A stretch of 64,000 bases of DNA from Alphaproteobacteria bacterium. Lineage in GTDB: Bacteria > Pseudomonadota > Alphaproteobacteria > JAAXGF01. A model generated the notes under the pieces. It was given only the letters and a program-made list of their open reading frames with translations. It did no database searches and was not told where the DNA came from. Below, piece by piece: positions 34,038 through 45,334 of the stretch. How positions within the stretch are numbered: position 1 is the first letter of the stretch; each line of letters opens with the position of its first letter. The position numbers and the translations under genes were made by a program. Location of the stretch: NCBI GenBank assembly GCA_963555825.3, contig CAUVXB020000001.1, positions 960,001 to 1,024,000 of the forward strand, given 5' to 3'.

Positions 34038-35432
34038 ATGACCGACGTCGTTACACGATTCGCTCCCTCACCGACTGGCTTCCTTCACATCGGCGGTGCC
34101 CGCACGGCGCTGTTCAACTGGCTGTATGCGCGCCGTCATGGCGGCCGATTCCGCCTGCGCATCGAAGACACCGACCGGGCGCGCTCGAACGAGCAAGCGA
34201 TCGACGCCATCTTCGACGGTCTGACATGGCTCGGCCTCGATTGGGACGACGACGTGGTCTACCAATCCCAGCGTGTTCAGCGTCACGTCGCGATCGCCCG
34301 GCAATTGCTCGCCGAGGGCAAGGCGTACCACTGTTATTGCACGCCCGATGAGCTTGCCGTTATGCGCGAGGAACGCATGGCGGCCGGTGAAAAGACGCGC
34401 TACGACCGGCGCTGTCGCGATCCCGCGCCGGATATGACGATACCGGCCGATGTCCCGCCGGTCGTTCGCTTCAAGGCGCCGATGAACGGTGCGACGGTCC
34501 TGGACGACCGGATCCAGGGCGACGTCAGGTTCGAGAACGACCAGTTCGACGACATCGTCATCCTGCGTGGCGACGGCACGCCGACGTATATGCTCGCGGT
34601 CGTCGTCGACGACCACGACATGGGCGTGAGCCACGTGGTTCGCGGCGCCGATCACCTGACCAACGCGTTCCAGCACCGCTTCATCTTCGAGGCACTCGGC
34701 TGGGACGTCCCGGTGTTCGGCCATGTACCGTTGATCCACGGGGCTGACGGGGCCAAGCTGTCGAAGCGGCACGGCGCGCTCGGCGTCGCGGCCTATCGCG
34801 ATATGGGCTATCTCCCTGAAGCCATGCGGAACTATCTGCTCCGCCTGGGCTGGAGTCACGGCGATGACGAAATGATCTCGACCGCCCAAGCGATCGAATG
34901 GTTCGACTTCGACGCCATCGGCCGCTCCGCCGCCCGCTTTGATTTCGACAAGCTGAACAACGTCAACGGCCACTATCTGCGTAAAGCCGACGACGCCCGC
35001 TTGGTCGAACTCGTCGCCGCGCATCGCGGGCAGACGCTGAACGACGACGTCAGGGCACGCCTTCAGCGCGGCATGCCAGGCTTGAAAAATCGCGCGAAAA
35101 CACTCGTGGAACTCTCTGATAATGCGTCGTTTTATCTGTCAGAAAGACCGATAGAAATGGCGCCGAAAGCAGCAGCCCTGCTGAACCGGGACGACGGTTC
35201 TATCCTATCGAGTGTCGCGGCCCATCTCGCCGACGACGGCGATTGGTCGGCCGAGTCGCTCGAAGCGGCGGTGCGTGATTTCACCGAGCGCGAAGGCATC
35301 AAATTGGGCGCGATCGCTCAGCCGTTGCGCGCTGCGCTGACGGGCGCCACGGTATCGCCCCCGGTCTTCGAGGTGATGGCGGCACTTGGCCGCGCCGAAA
35401 CGCTCGCCCGCATCGACGACGCCGCCGGCTGA
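34038..35432 (+). CDS. gltX: Glutamate--tRNA ligase
   Basis: [26 protein letters not shown]. Confidence 0.95.
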   Translation: MTDVVTRFAPSPTGFLHIGGARTALFNWLYARRHGGRFRLRIEDTDRARSNEQAIDAIFDGLTWLGLDWDDDVVYQSQRVQRHVAIARQLLAEGKAYHCYCTPDELAVMREERMAAGEKTRYDRRCRDPAPDMTIPADVPPVVRFKAPMNGATVLDDRIQGDVRFENDQFDDIVILRGDGTPTYMLAVVVDDHDMGVSHVVRGADHLTNAFQHRFIFEALGWDVPVFGHVPLIHGADGAKLSKRHGALGVAAYRDMGYLPEAMRNYLLRLGWSHGDDEMISTAQAIEWFDFDAIGRSAARFDFDKLNNVNGHYLRKADDARLVELVAAHRGQTLNDDVRARLQRGMPGLKNRAKTLVELSDNASFYLSERPIEMAPKAAALLNRDDGSILSSVAAHLADDGDWSAESLEAAVRDFTEREGIKLGAIAQPLRAALTGATVSPPVFEVMAALGRAETLARIDDAAG

Positions 35433-35518
35433 TTTGTGCTATTTTTCGTTCGGCCCTATTTTGTCGGTAGAAATAATCGCCCGACGAGGCGTGTAGAAAG
35501 TTATCTGGAGGGACTGCC

Positions 35519-36856
35519 ATGGCGGATACCATCAAGCCAAAGAAAAAACTCACGTCGACCGCGAGCGTGTCGTTCACCGACGGCAAGTCGAACTCCGGTA
35601 CGGCCATCGATTTCGACGTTATCGACGGGACGATGGGCCCGGGCGTTATCGACGTCAGCAAGCTCTACCCCAAGACCGGCTACTTCACCTATGACCCGGG
35701 GTTCATGGCGACCGCGAGCTGCCAATCGAAAATTACCTTCATCGATGGCGAGAAGGGCGTTCTGCTCCATCGGGGCTATCCGATCGAGGCGCTCGCCGAG
35801 CAGAGCACCTTCATCGAGGTCTGTTACCTGCTGCTGTTCGGCGAACTGCCGTCGAAGAAACAGTATCGCAAATTCGAGAACGACGTGACCATGCACACCA
35901 TGGTGCACGAACAGCTTATCTTCCTGTTCCGTGGCTTCCGGCGTGACGCGCACCCCATGGCGATCATGGTCGGCGTCGTCGGCGCGCTGTCGGCCTTCTA
36001 TCACGACGCGCTCGACCTCACCGATCCGCAACACCGCAAGATAGCCTCCTACCGGCTGATCGCCAAAGTACCGACGATCGCTGCGATGGCCTTCAAGTTC
36101 TCGGTCGGCCAGCCCTTCATTTACCCGCGCAACGACCTGAACTACGTCGAGAATTTTCTGCACATGATGTTCGCGGTACCGACCGAGGAATACCGGGTCA
36201 ATCCGGTGTTCGCGCGCGCGCTCGATCGCATTTTCATCCTGCACGCCGACCACGAGCAGAACGCGTCGACGTCGACCGTGCGTCTGGCTGGCTCGTCGGG
36301 CGCCAACCCATATGCCTGCATCGCCGCCGGTATCGCCTGTCTGTGGGGCCCGGCTCACGGCGGTGCGAACGAGGCGGTGATCACCATGCTCAGCGAGATC
36401 GGCACGGCCGATCGCATCCCGGAATTCATCGCCCGGGCCAAGGACAAGAGCGACCCCTTCCGGCTGATGGGTTTCGGCCACCGGATTTACAAGAACTACG
36501 ACCCGCGCGCCCAGGTTCTGCGCGAGACCTGCCGCGAGGTTCTCGCCGAGATTGGCCAGACCGACGAGCCATTGCTCGAAATCGCCGTCGAGCTCGAGCG
36601 AATCGCGCTCGAGGACGAGTATTTCGTCAAGCGCAAGCTTTACCCGAACGTCGACTTCTATTCGGGCATTATCCTGCGCGCCATGGGCATCCCGCCACAT
36701 CTGTTCACGGTGATTTTCGCGGTCGCGCGCACGGTCGGCTGGGTCGCTCAGTGGAACGAGATGATCGACGACCCATCGCAGAAAATCGGCCGCCCGCGCC
36801 AACTCTACACCGGCTATGGCCCGCGCGATTACGTGCCGCTGGCGAATCGCCGCTAA
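35519..36856 (+). CDS. gltA: Citrate synthase type II
   Basis: [34 protein letters not shown]. Confidence 0.97.
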   Translation: MADTIKPKKKLTSTASVSFTDGKSNSGTAIDFDVIDGTMGPGVIDVSKLYPKTGYFTYDPGFMATASCQSKITFIDGEKGVLLHRGYPIEALAEQSTFIEVCYLLLFGELPSKKQYRKFENDVTMHTMVHEQLIFLFRGFRRDAHPMAIMVGVVGALSAFYHDALDLTDPQHRKIASYRLIAKVPTIAAMAFKFSVGQPFIYPRNDLNYVENFLHMMFAVPTEEYRVNPVFARALDRIFILHADHEQNASTSTVRLAGSSGANPYACIAAGIACLWGPAHGGANEAVITMLSEIGTADRIPEFIARAKDKSDPFRLMGFGHRIYKNYDPRAQVLRETCREVLAEIGQTDEPLLEIAVELERIALEDEYFVKRKLYPNVDFYSGIILRAMGIPPHLFTVIFAVARTVGWVAQWNEMIDDPSQKIGRPRQLYTGYGPRDYVPLANRR

Positions 36857-36877
36857 CGACGTTTCGCCGTCGATGCC

Positions 36878-37014
36878 ATAGCCCATAATCCGATCGATCG
36901 GAATTGATCGGTTTATGCCAGCCCGCGACCGCGGGCCGCCGACCGTTCGGCGGAAGCATGCGCGGCGATTGAGCGCAGGTCATCTTTACGACGTAAAGAT
37001 GACCGCACAAATAT
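36878..37014 (-). repeat. Structured intergenic repeat, copy D
   Basis: Reverse complement, near-identical to copy B. Confidence 0.9.
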
Positions 37015-37015
37015 G

Positions 37016-38188
37016 TCACCGCGCCGCGCGGTCTTCCGCGATGACGTCGAGGATAATTTCGGCCGCCCGGACACTCGGTGCCGGCCCGCCAAGGCCGATC
37101 AATTCGGCCGCGCGGCGCGCCTGAGTTCGCTGTTCTTCGCTTGCCTCGTCATCGCTCAGCAGGCGCACCATCTCGTCGGCCAGCGCATCGGCGCGGCAGG
37201 CCTGTTGAATGAACTCGGGTACCACCGGCCGGTCGAGGACCAAGTTGACCAGGCAGATATAGGACAGGCTGGCCATTCGCTTGGCGAGCCAGATGGTTAG
37301 CGGATTGCCACGATAGGCAATCGCCATGGGAACGCTGGCGATGGCGAGTTCGAGCGCGACGGTCCCCGATACCGCAAGCGCCGCGTTCGAGGCGGCAAAG
37401 GCGTCATACTTCTCGTCCCTGCCGTTGACAACCGTGGTCGGCGCCTGCCAGTTCGCCGCGGCACTGGCCACCTCGGCCTCGACGCCGGTGAAGGCCGGCA
37501 CGACGACCCGCAAACCGGGTACACGCTCGGCCAACAAGGCGACGGTGTCGCCGAACACCGGAAGATGGTGCGTGACTTCACCGAGGCGGCTGCCCGGCAG
37601 GACACAGACCACGGGTGCTTCGGTGGGAATACCGTGGCGCATGCGGAAGGCAGGACCATCACCCTGGTCGGCACCCTCCTCGACGACGCCATGACCGACG
37701 AAGCTGCAGGGCAACCCGACCGCCTCGAAATAGGGCGGCTCGAACGGCAGGATGGCCAGCACGTGATCGAGATAGCGGGCGATGCGGGCCGCGCGCGCCG
37801 GCCGGTGCGCCCAAACCTGGGGCGCGACATAATGGATCTGTGCGATGCCGGCGTCGGCGAGCCGACGTTGCACGCGCAGCGAAAAATCCGGCAAGTCGAT
37901 GGTCACCACCGCGGCCGGCCGCATACGGCGCGCCGCCTCGGACGCGGTTCGGATATGGCCCAGGATACGGGGGATCTTGGGCACCACCTCGAGGTAGCCC
38001 ATCACGCTCAGCTCGCGTATCGGCAGCAGGCTGTCGAGCCCCTCGCCGGCCATCCGTTCGCCGCCGATGCCGGCGAACCGGACGGCGCCTTGGGTCCGTT
38101 CCTTCAGCGCGGCCATCAAGCGGGCGCCCAGCGCGTCACCCGAGGGTTCGCCCGCAACGATAAAGATCAGGGGGCCGTCTCCGCTCAC
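37016..38188 (-). CDS. lpxB: Lipid-A-disaccharide synthase
   Basis: VAGEPSGD, HYVAPQVWA, FVGH, LPGSR, SGTVALE. Confidence 0.94.
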   Translation of the reverse strand: MSGDGPLIFIVAGEPSGDALGARLMAALKERTQGAVRFAGIGGERMAGEGLDSLLPIRELSVMGYLEVVPKIPRILGHIRTASEAARRMRPAAVVTIDLPDFSLRVQRRLADAGIAQIHYVAPQVWAHRPARAARIARYLDHVLAILPFEPPYFEAVGLPCSFVGHGVVEEGADQGDGPAFRMRHGIPTEAPVVCVLPGSRLGEVTHHLPVFGDTVALLAERVPGLRVVVPAFTGVEAEVASAAANWQAPTTVVNGRDEKYDAFAASNAALAVSGTVALELAIASVPMAIAYRGNPLTIWLAKRMASLSYICLVNLVLDRPVVPEFIQQACRADALADEMVRLLSDDEASEEQRTQARRAAELIGLGGPAPSVRAAEIILDVIAEDRAAR

Positions 38189-39018
38189 GCGTCGCCCGGT
38201 TCGATGCCGACGATGAAGAGCCCCGCGGCGTCGGCGGCCCGGCCGACATCGACGCGGTCGACGACGATCGAGCCGCCTGCTTCGACGGCGATGCCGACGA
38301 GGCCCGCATCTTGTGCGGCTTTGATCGTGAGCAGGCCGACGGCGGGGAGGTCCGCGCGCCGTTCCTGGCCCGGCTTCTTGAGCTTCACCATGACACCGCC
38401 CCGCCCGTCGTAGCGCAGCGCCGCGCAACGCGCCAACAGGGCGTCGGTGCCCTCGGCGGCCTCGACGCCCAGCACGACGCCCTGTTGCACGACGACGGCC
38501 TGACCGACGTCGAGCGCGCCGAGCGCCAGGGCCACCGCGACACCCGCATCGATGTCGGCCTGCGCCTCGTCATCGGGGACGAGCGTGCCGATCGGGCCGG
38601 TTGGCGCCAAGATGTCGGAAAGAATTTCGTCGATACCGACGACACGGAAATTTTCGCCTTCGAGTTCGGCGACGATCAGCGACAACAGCTTGTTGTCGCC
38701 CATGGCGCCCAAGCCATGGCGCATCAACACCTTCAGGCCGCGGCGGTCGATACCCAGACTGCTCAACGAAATCCGGTCGACCGGGCCGGCCAGGACGACG
38801 TCCTCGCAGCCCGCCTCGTGCATCAGCGAGATCGTCTTGTCGATGGCGCCGAGGCGCACCCAAGCGTGCGGCGCATCGCCGATCGCGTCGGCCTCGGTAA
38901 TGCCGTCGAAGGCGACGACGAAGACATCGCGCCCGACGTCACGACAAGTGCTGACGATACGGCCCGGTAGGTCGCCCGAGCCAGCGAAGATCGCGAGCTT
39001 AGGCTGCCTCACGGCCAT
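38185..39018 (-). CDS. lpxI: UDP-2,3-diacylglucosamine diphosphatase LpxI
   Basis: AGSGDLP, DVGQAVV, EGTD, DLPAVG; lies between lpxA and lpxB. Confidence 0.9.
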   Translation of the reverse strand: MAVRQPKLAIFAGSGDLPGRIVSTCRDVGRDVFVVAFDGITEADAIGDAPHAWVRLGAIDKTISLMHEAGCEDVVLAGPVDRISLSSLGIDRRGLKVLMRHGLGAMGDNKLLSLIVAELEGENFRVVGIDEILSDILAPTGPIGTLVPDDEAQADIDAGVAVALALGALDVGQAVVVQQGVVLGVEAAEGTDALLARCAALRYDGRGGVMVKLKKPGQERRADLPAVGLLTIKAAQDAGLVGIAVEAGGSIVVDRVDVGRAADAAGLFIVGIEPGDA

Positions 39019-39802
39019 CCTTCGGTTGGCAGACGGCGCGCGCGCTATCGGAACGAATGAACTCGATGATGTCCCTCACCGCCTCGTTGTCTGGAAACAG
39101 TTGGGCGACATCCGAAATGCGCTCGGCCATGGTGCCCTCCGGCGCGAAGAGCAGCCGATACGCCCGGCGCAGCGAATGGATGGCGTCGCGGTCGAAGCCG
39201 CGGCGCTTGATGCCGACAATATTGAGACCGCTCAGATGTGCACGGTCGCCCGTGACCGAGCCGTATGGGATGACATCGTTCTCGACACCCGACATGCCGC
39301 CAACCATGGCATGGCGACCGATGCGCACGAATTGATGCACCGCGCAGAGGCCGCCAAGCACGGCGTAGTCCTCGACCACGACGTGGCCGCCGAGTGTCGC
39401 GTTGTTGGCCATGATGACATTGTCGCCAATGACGCAGTCGTGCGCGACATGAACACCGATCATGAACAGGCCGTTGGCGCCAACCGACGTCACCATGCCG
39501 CCGCCACGGGTGCCCGGGTTCATGGTGACGTATTCGCGGATCGTGTTGTTCGCGCCGATCACCAATTCGGACGGCTCGCCGTCGTATTTGAGGTCCTGCG
39601 GCGGCAGGCCGATCGAGGCAAAGGGGAAAATCTTGCAATTGGCGCCGATCTTCGTCCGGCCGTCGATGACGACATGCGAATCGACGACCACGCCGGCGCC
39701 CAGCTCGACATCGCCACCGATGATGCAGTAGGGCCCGATCTTGACGTTGTCGCCGAGGCGGGCGCGCGAATCGACAATAGCCGTGGCGTGAATGTCGGAC
39801 AT
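38999..39802 (-). CDS. lpxA: UDP-N-acetylglucosamine O-acyltransferase
   Basis: Hexapeptide repeats, PQDLKY, HVAHDC, VHQF. Confidence 0.96.
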   Translation of the reverse strand: MSDIHATAIVDSRARLGDNVKIGPYCIIGGDVELGAGVVVDSHVVIDGRTKIGANCKIFPFASIGLPPQDLKYDGEPSELVIGANNTIREYVTMNPGTRGGGMVTSVGANGLFMIGVHVAHDCVIGDNVIMANNATLGGHVVVEDYAVLGGLCAVHQFVRIGRHAMVGGMSGVENDVIPYGSVTGDRAHLSGLNIVGIKRRGFDRDAIHSLRRAYRLLFAPEGTMAERISDVAQLFPDNEAVRDIIEFIRSDSARAVCQPKDGREAA

Positions 39803-40270
39803 CTAGTCGTCGAGGATCATCGCGGCGAAGGTCGCGTCGGCGACCACGCGCCCGTCGACTTTTGCCTGGGCGTCGAACTTCCAAACATTGCCACGCTGTT
39901 GACGTTTGTAGACATGGACGTGGAGTGTGTCGCCCGGCACCACCGGTTTGCGAAAGCGCGCATTGTCGACCGACATGAAGTAGACCAGCCTGCCTTCCGC
40001 GCCCGACCCCAATGTCGAAACGACGAGGACGGCGGCGGTCTGCGCCATCGACTCGATGATCATGACGCCAGGCATCACCGGTCGCGTCGGAAAATGACCC
40101 TGAAAGTAAGGCTCGTTGATCGTGACGTTCTTGATTCCCGTTGCGCTGACGTCGGGCACGAGGTCGACAACCCGATCGATCATAAGAAATGGATAACGGT
40201 GCGGGATAAGCTGCTGAACCCGCTCGATATCCAGGTCTTCGCCCTGTTCGTAACTTGCCGCTTCGGCCAT
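39803..40270 (-). CDS. fabZ: 3-hydroxyacyl-ACP dehydratase
   Basis: PHRYPFL, GHFP..PVMPGV. Confidence 0.96.
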   Translation of the reverse strand: MAEAASYEQGEDLDIERVQQLIPHRYPFLMIDRVVDLVPDVSATGIKNVTINEPYFQGHFPTRPVMPGVMIIESMAQTAAVLVVSTLGSGAEGRLVYFMSVDNARFRKPVVPGDTLHVHVYKRQQRGNVWKFDAQAKVDGRVVADATFAAMILDD

Positions 40271-41296
40271 CTATCTCTTGTCCCTTACCTTGCCCAACCG
40301 AGCGATCGCCACCATTTGCCGACGCCATTGCTGGATCGGAATTGCCGGTGCGCCTCCGTAGGTCTGGCCCCCCTCGTGGTTGCGTATGACACCCGATCGC
40401 GCCGCGAACTGCGCACCGTCGCCGATCGTCAAATGACCGGCAACAGCGGCCTGCCCACCGAACACGACGAAATCGCCGAGCGACGTGCTACCCGCGATGC
40501 CGACTTGTGCAACGATCACACAACCCCTCCCCAGCTGCACGTTATGCGCAATTTGCACCGAATTATCAATCATACACCCGGCGCCAATGACCGTATCGGC
40601 GGCGCTGCCACGATCGATCGTCGTGTTGGCGCCGACTTCGACATCGTCATGAATGATGACGCGACCGACCTGCGGAATGCGCAGATGGCCGGCGGGCGAC
40701 GACGCGAAACCGAAGCCGTCCTGACCGATGCGCGCCCCGGGAAAGATGGTGACCCGGTCGCCGATGAGGCTGAATTCGACCGTTGCGCCGGCGCCAATCA
40801 CGCAGTCTTCGCCGATGACGACGGCGTCGCCGATCGTAGCGTTGGGGCAAACATGCGTGCGAGCGCCAATCTCGCAACTGGGACCGATAACGGCGCCGGC
40901 GTCGATGCGGCAGTCCTCGGCAATCGTCGCGGTTTGGTCGACCGTCGCGCCGGGCGAAATTCCCGGTTCGATGACCGGCGCGGGATAGAAGCTGCGTGCG
41001 ACACGCGCGAAGGCCAGATACGGCGTTTCGCTGAGCAGCAGGGAAGCGGTGGCGGGTGCCCTATCGGCCAGCGCTGGGGCCACGATGCAGGCGCCGGCCC
41101 GGGTACCCTCGAAAACCTGCAGGTAGCGTTTGTTGTCGATGAAACTGATGTCGTGCTCGCCAGCGTCGCCCAGTGGTGCGATATCGACGATTTTCTTGTC
41201 GCCGTCGGCCGTCGCGGCCAGCGCCGCACCGGCAATCTTCGCCAGTGCAGCCACAGTGAACGGCCCGCTCACCTTGAAGAAGCGTGGATCGGCCAT
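40271..41296 (-). CDS. lpxD: UDP-3-O-acylglucosamine N-acyltransferase
   Basis: Hexapeptide repeats, GQDGFGF, IDNSVQIAHN. Confidence 0.95.
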   Translation of the reverse strand: MADPRFFKVSGPFTVAALAKIAGAALAATADGDKKIVDIAPLGDAGEHDISFIDNKRYLQVFEGTRAGACIVAPALADRAPATASLLLSETPYLAFARVARSFYPAPVIEPGISPGATVDQTATIAEDCRIDAGAVIGPSCEIGARTHVCPNATIGDAVVIGEDCVIGAGATVEFSLIGDRVTIFPGARIGQDGFGFASSPAGHLRIPQVGRVIIHDDVEVGANTTIDRGSAADTVIGAGCMIDNSVQIAHNVQLGRGCVIVAQVGIAGSTSLGDFVVFGGQAAVAGHLTIGDGAQFAARSGVIRNHEGGQTYGGAPAIPIQQWRRQMVAIARLGKVRDKR

Positions 41297-41299
41297 GGC

Positions 41300-41866
41300 T
41301 CAGTTCTGAACGAGGGGCACCTTGACGGACGGCAGCTGGGCATTCAGACGGCGCAGCGCCTCGTCGGTTATGTTCAGCGAACTGTCGGCGAACACGATTT
41401 GCCCGTGGGGCAGGACCAGATTGAAACCACGCTCCTTGGCGAGTGCCGCGATGATCACGGTCAACGCGCGTTGGACCTCTTTCATGCCATAGGCATAGGC
41501 TTGGTCGAGCTCGCGTTTACGTGCCTGCATGCCGGTCTGCAATTCGGCGACCCGGCCCTCGAACTCTCGACGTTTCTGCGCCAGCGCGTCGGGAGCCAGG
41601 ATCGTGGCTTGCCGCAAAAGCTCCTGTTCGGCATCGCGAAGCTCCTGCTCCCGCTTGGTGATCTCGTTTTGATAGACTTGGCGCCGTTGATCGACCTGTA
41701 CCTTTATGTCGTTCGCGGCGGCCGATTCAAGCATGACACGCTGGAACTCGAGAATCGCGATTTTCGCTGGTGGTGTTGCCTGGCCATAGACATTGGCCGG
41801 CGTGCCGGCCGCGAACATCGCGACCAATGCGCCCGCCATCGCGAGGCAAATCTTGGGTGATTTCAT
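41300..41866 (-). CDS. skp: OmpH/Skp periplasmic chaperone
   Basis: Signal peptide, coiled coil, position between bamA and lpxD. Confidence 0.85.
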   Translation of the reverse strand: MKSPKICLAMAGALVAMFAAGTPANVYGQATPPAKIAILEFQRVMLESAAANDIKVQVDQRRQVYQNEITKREQELRDAEQELLRQATILAPDALAQKRREFEGRVAELQTGMQARKRELDQAYAYGMKEVQRALTVIIAALAKERGFNLVLPHGQIVFADSSLNITDEALRRLNAQLPSVKVPLVQN

Positions 41867-41869
41867 CAG

Positions 41870-44131
41870 CTAGAACCTCGTTCCAAACGAAAAGCGAAAC
41901 AGCTCAGTCTTGTCAAATTTTTCATCTATGACCGGGACGGCCAAATCGATCTCGATGGGTCCGAAGGGCGAGACATAGGTTAGCCCAAATCCAACCGTCG
42001 TGCGCAGGGATGCCTCGTCCAGAATTGCCGGTGGCTCCTTGTCATCGATACTCGTGATGGTGCCAAATTCACTGAAAAACCGGCCCCGTACATTGAACTC
42101 CGAAGGCAACCCGAGCGGAAACGATACCTCGGCGGTGCCGATGGCAAAGGTATTACCCCCCAAGGAGTCGGTCGTGATGCTATCGCGCGGCCCGACACCG
42201 GCGGTTTCAAACCCTCTGAAGTTCGCGCCACCGACAAAGAATCGATCTTGAATGCGGACGTCGTCGTCGAGACCAAAGATATGCCCTGCATTCCCGGATA
42301 GGCTACCGATCCACTGGTCCGTGATCGGGAAGTAGTAGCGTGCCTCTCCTGAGTGACGCAAATACCGCACATCACCGCCCAGACCCGCGACTTCCTGGGA
42401 CGCGCGCAGATAATAGCCTTCGGTCGGGAAAAATCGATCGTCACGCCTGTCATAGGTCAGGGTATGACCAATGGCGGATGTCGTCGCCGACGCATCTTGG
42501 CGCTTGATGAACTCCGAGGCACTCTCGGAGACATTCTCGATTTCGTCAGTACGCAGCGTATAGTTGACCGAATGCCGCAGCTGCTCGGCGAGCGGATACG
42601 ACATACGCAACGAGAACCCGATCGAATCTTGATCGAACGTATCCTCGTCCGTCAGGTCGGTCGTGCGCTTGAAAATGTCGAAGCCGGCGCTCAGGTCCCG
42701 ATCGAGAAAATAAGGCTCTGTAAAACTCAGATCGAGTTGCTGCCGCCGCCCGGATACGGTGAACCCGAGGCGAAGATCCTGCCCTCTTCCCAGCAGGTTG
42801 CGTTCACGGATCGAGGCATTGGCGATCGGGCCCTCGAACGAAGAGAAGCCGCCGCCGAAGCTGAGTTCGCCAGTCGATTTCTCCGACACTTCGACATCGA
42901 TGATCGCCTTGTCCGGCGTCGAGCCCTGGCTGCTGTTGACGTCGACGGTCTCGAAAAATCCCAGCGCGCGAATACGCTGTTGTGAGCGGCGTAGCTTGGC
43001 GGAACTGAACGCATCGCCCTCGACGAGACGGAACTCGCGCCGGATGACGCCGTCGAGTGTGCGTAAATTGCCCGAAATATTGATCCGCTCGACGAAGACA
43101 CGGGGGCCTTCCTCGACGACATAGGTCAAATCGATGGTGCGCTCTTCGCGGTTCCGTTTGACGCTTGGTTCGATGTCGACGAACGCGAATCCGAGGCTGC
43201 CAACCTGTGTCGTCAACTCCTGCACGGTGTCCCCGACCAGATCGGCGTCGTACCAGTCGCCCGGCTCCGTTTCTACGAACTCGAACAATCGATCCGTATC
43301 AAGATCGCGCAATGCAGTTTCAATATCGACACCGCCGAATCTGTACCGGTCGCCTTCCTCGATCGTAAACGTGATGAAAAAAGCGGTCCGATCGCGCACC
43401 AATTCTGCGACGACCGAAATGACCCGAAAGTCGGCATAGCCATGCGACAGGTAGAAACGCCGCAGCAGCTCGCGGTCGAAGGTCAGCCTGTCGGGATCAT
43501 ATGTATCGTCGCTGGTGAGGAAACGGTACCAGATCGATTCCCTTGTCTGAATCGCTTCGTGCAAGCGGCTGTCGCTGAACCGCTTGTTGCCGATGAAGCT
43601 GATCTTCTTGACGCGGGTCAGCGGTCCCTCGTCGATTTCGAACACCAGATCGACGCGATTTTGCGGTAGTTGGATCACCTTGGGTTCGACGGTCGCGCCG
43701 AACCTGCCGCTGCGCCGGTAGATCTCGCTGATACGCGCGACATCGCTCTGCACCTTGGTGCGTGTGTAGACAACACGCGGGCGCAGTTGGACTTCGGCGG
43801 CCAGCGATTCGTCACCGATTCGCAAGTTCCCCTCGAAGGCCAGCCTGTTGATGATCGGGTTCTCGACCACCCGAACGACCAGGGCGCTCCCTTCACGCCG
43901 CATGTTGACGTCGGCGAACAGACTCGTTGCGAACAATGTCTTTAGTGAGCGATCGATGCGTTCTGGGTCGAACGGATCGCCCGGTGCGATGACCATATAG
44001 GATCGAACCGTCTCAGGCTCGATACGCTGGTTGCCTTCGACTCGAATTTCAGAAATTACCTGCGCCGCCGCGGTTTCGGCAAAGGCGAATGCCGCGATAA
44101 AGACGGCGATAAATCCTGCGAACCGGAACAT
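41870..44131 (-). CDS. bamA: Outer membrane protein assembly factor BamA
   Basis: POTRA domains, FRGF motif, SPFGP, terminal FSFGTRF. Confidence 0.96.
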   Translation of the reverse strand: MFRFAGFIAVFIAAFAFAETAAAQVISEIRVEGNQRIEPETVRSYMVIAPGDPFDPERIDRSLKTLFATSLFADVNMRREGSALVVRVVENPIINRLAFEGNLRIGDESLAAEVQLRPRVVYTRTKVQSDVARISEIYRRSGRFGATVEPKVIQLPQNRVDLVFEIDEGPLTRVKKISFIGNKRFSDSRLHEAIQTRESIWYRFLTSDDTYDPDRLTFDRELLRRFYLSHGYADFRVISVVAELVRDRTAFFITFTIEEGDRYRFGGVDIETALRDLDTDRLFEFVETEPGDWYDADLVGDTVQELTTQVGSLGFAFVDIEPSVKRNREERTIDLTYVVEEGPRVFVERINISGNLRTLDGVIRREFRLVEGDAFSSAKLRRSQQRIRALGFFETVDVNSSQGSTPDKAIIDVEVSEKSTGELSFGGGFSSFEGPIANASIRERNLLGRGQDLRLGFTVSGRRQQLDLSFTEPYFLDRDLSAGFDIFKRTTDLTDEDTFDQDSIGFSLRMSYPLAEQLRHSVNYTLRTDEIENVSESASEFIKRQDASATTSAIGHTLTYDRRDDRFFPTEGYYLRASQEVAGLGGDVRYLRHSGEARYYFPITDQWIGSLSGNAGHIFGLDDDVRIQDRFFVGGANFRGFETAGVGPRDSITTDSLGGNTFAIGTAEVSFPLGLPSEFNVRGRFFSEFGTITSIDDKEPPAILDEASLRTTVGFGLTYVSPFGPIEIDLAVPVIDEKFDKTELFRFSFGTRF

Positions 44132-44167
44132 GCGCCTCTCGCGGCTACTCCGTCGGGCCGTCGACGG

Positions 44168-45304
44168 TTATGAAAATAGCCCGACAACAAGATCGACGAC
44201 CTCTAGACGTACGAAATCGTTCCACGTCACGAATACGAACAGGGTCAATACCACCGCAAGACCAATGCGGAAACCATATTCTTGAGCGCGTTCGCCCAGC
44301 GGCTTGCCGCGAATCGCCTCGAACGCGTAGAACAGCAAGTGCCCGCCGTCGAGCATCGGGATCGGAAACAAATTGATCAGGCCAAGATTGATCGACAACA
44401 AGGCCGTGAACCAGAGCACCGCGATCAGGCCGTCCTCGGCGACCTGACCCGAGATTTGGGCGATGCGAATGGGCCCGCCCAACTCGTCAGCAGCGCGAAC
44501 GCCGACGATCATTTCGCCGAGTGCGCCTAAGGTCATCGCGGTCAGCGAATAGGTTTCGACTGTGGCCGCCCATATTGAATACAGCGGGCCATGACGCACG
44601 AAAGTAACGCCGCTTCGCCCGACGCCGATTTGGCCCAGTCTGTGTATGTTGCCGAATCGATCGGTCTGCTCGACCAGTTCGGGCGTCACGGTCAGCTCGA
44701 TTTCGGCGCCGTCGCGCAAGATGACGATGGCGAGCGGCACGCCGGCGTTTTCGCGCGCGATGTTCTGCAGGTCCTCGAAGCGCTCGATGGCGGCACCGTC
44801 GATGCGCAGCACGGTGTCGCCAGGCACGATCCCCGCCGCCTCGGCGGGGCTGCCCGGCATGATCATGCTGATTTCAGCCGGCGTGATGCGTTGACCGACG
44901 GTCGCGAACATCACCGAGAGAATGACGATGGCCAAAAGGAAATTCGCCAACGGCCCGCCGAACACCACCGCGGCGCGCTGGCCGAGCCGCTTGTGGTGGA
45001 ACGAGACCGCCTGTTCCTCGGGCGTCATCTCGACGAGGTCGCCGCCAGGCGCGCTCGCCTCGTTGGCGTCGCCGAACATTTTGACGTAGCCGCCGAGGGG
45101 AAGCAGGCCGATCTTCCATCGCGTGCCGACGCGATCGTCCCAACCGTAAATCTCGGGACCGAAACCGATCGAGAATACCTCGACGCGCACACCGTTATAG
45201 CGCGCGATCAGGTAATGCCCCATCTCGTGCACGAACACGATTACGCTCAAAATGATAATGAACGAAAGACCGTTGGTCCAAATTAAACTGATGAGATCCA
45301 TCAT
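44168..45304 (-). CDS. rseP: RIP metalloprotease RseP
   Basis: HEMGH, PDZ domain, NLFPIPMLDGGH. Confidence 0.95.
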   Translation of the reverse strand: MMDLISLIWTNGLSFIIILSVIVFVHEMGHYLIARYNGVRVEVFSIGFGPEIYGWDDRVGTRWKIGLLPLGGYVKMFGDANEASAPGGDLVEMTPEEQAVSFHHKRLGQRAAVVFGGPLANFLLAIVILSVMFATVGQRITPAEISMIMPGSPAEAAGIVPGDTVLRIDGAAIERFEDLQNIARENAGVPLAIVILRDGAEIELTVTPELVEQTDRFGNIHRLGQIGVGRSGVTFVRHGPLYSIWAATVETYSLTAMTLGALGEMIVGVRAADELGGPIRIAQISGQVAEDGLIAVLWFTALLSINLGLINLFPIPMLDGGHLLFYAFEAIRGKPLGERAQEYGFRIGLAVVLTLFVFVTWNDFVRLEVVDLVVGLFS

Positions 45305-45334
45305 TCACAACCCACAGATTTCCAACGCATAGTC

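Noticed and set aside
38552-41860. 1102-aa + strand ORF (also 52816-55611, 23889-26546 and similar)
   Set aside because: Antisense shadows of well-supported genes, expected in high-GC DNA; no motifs
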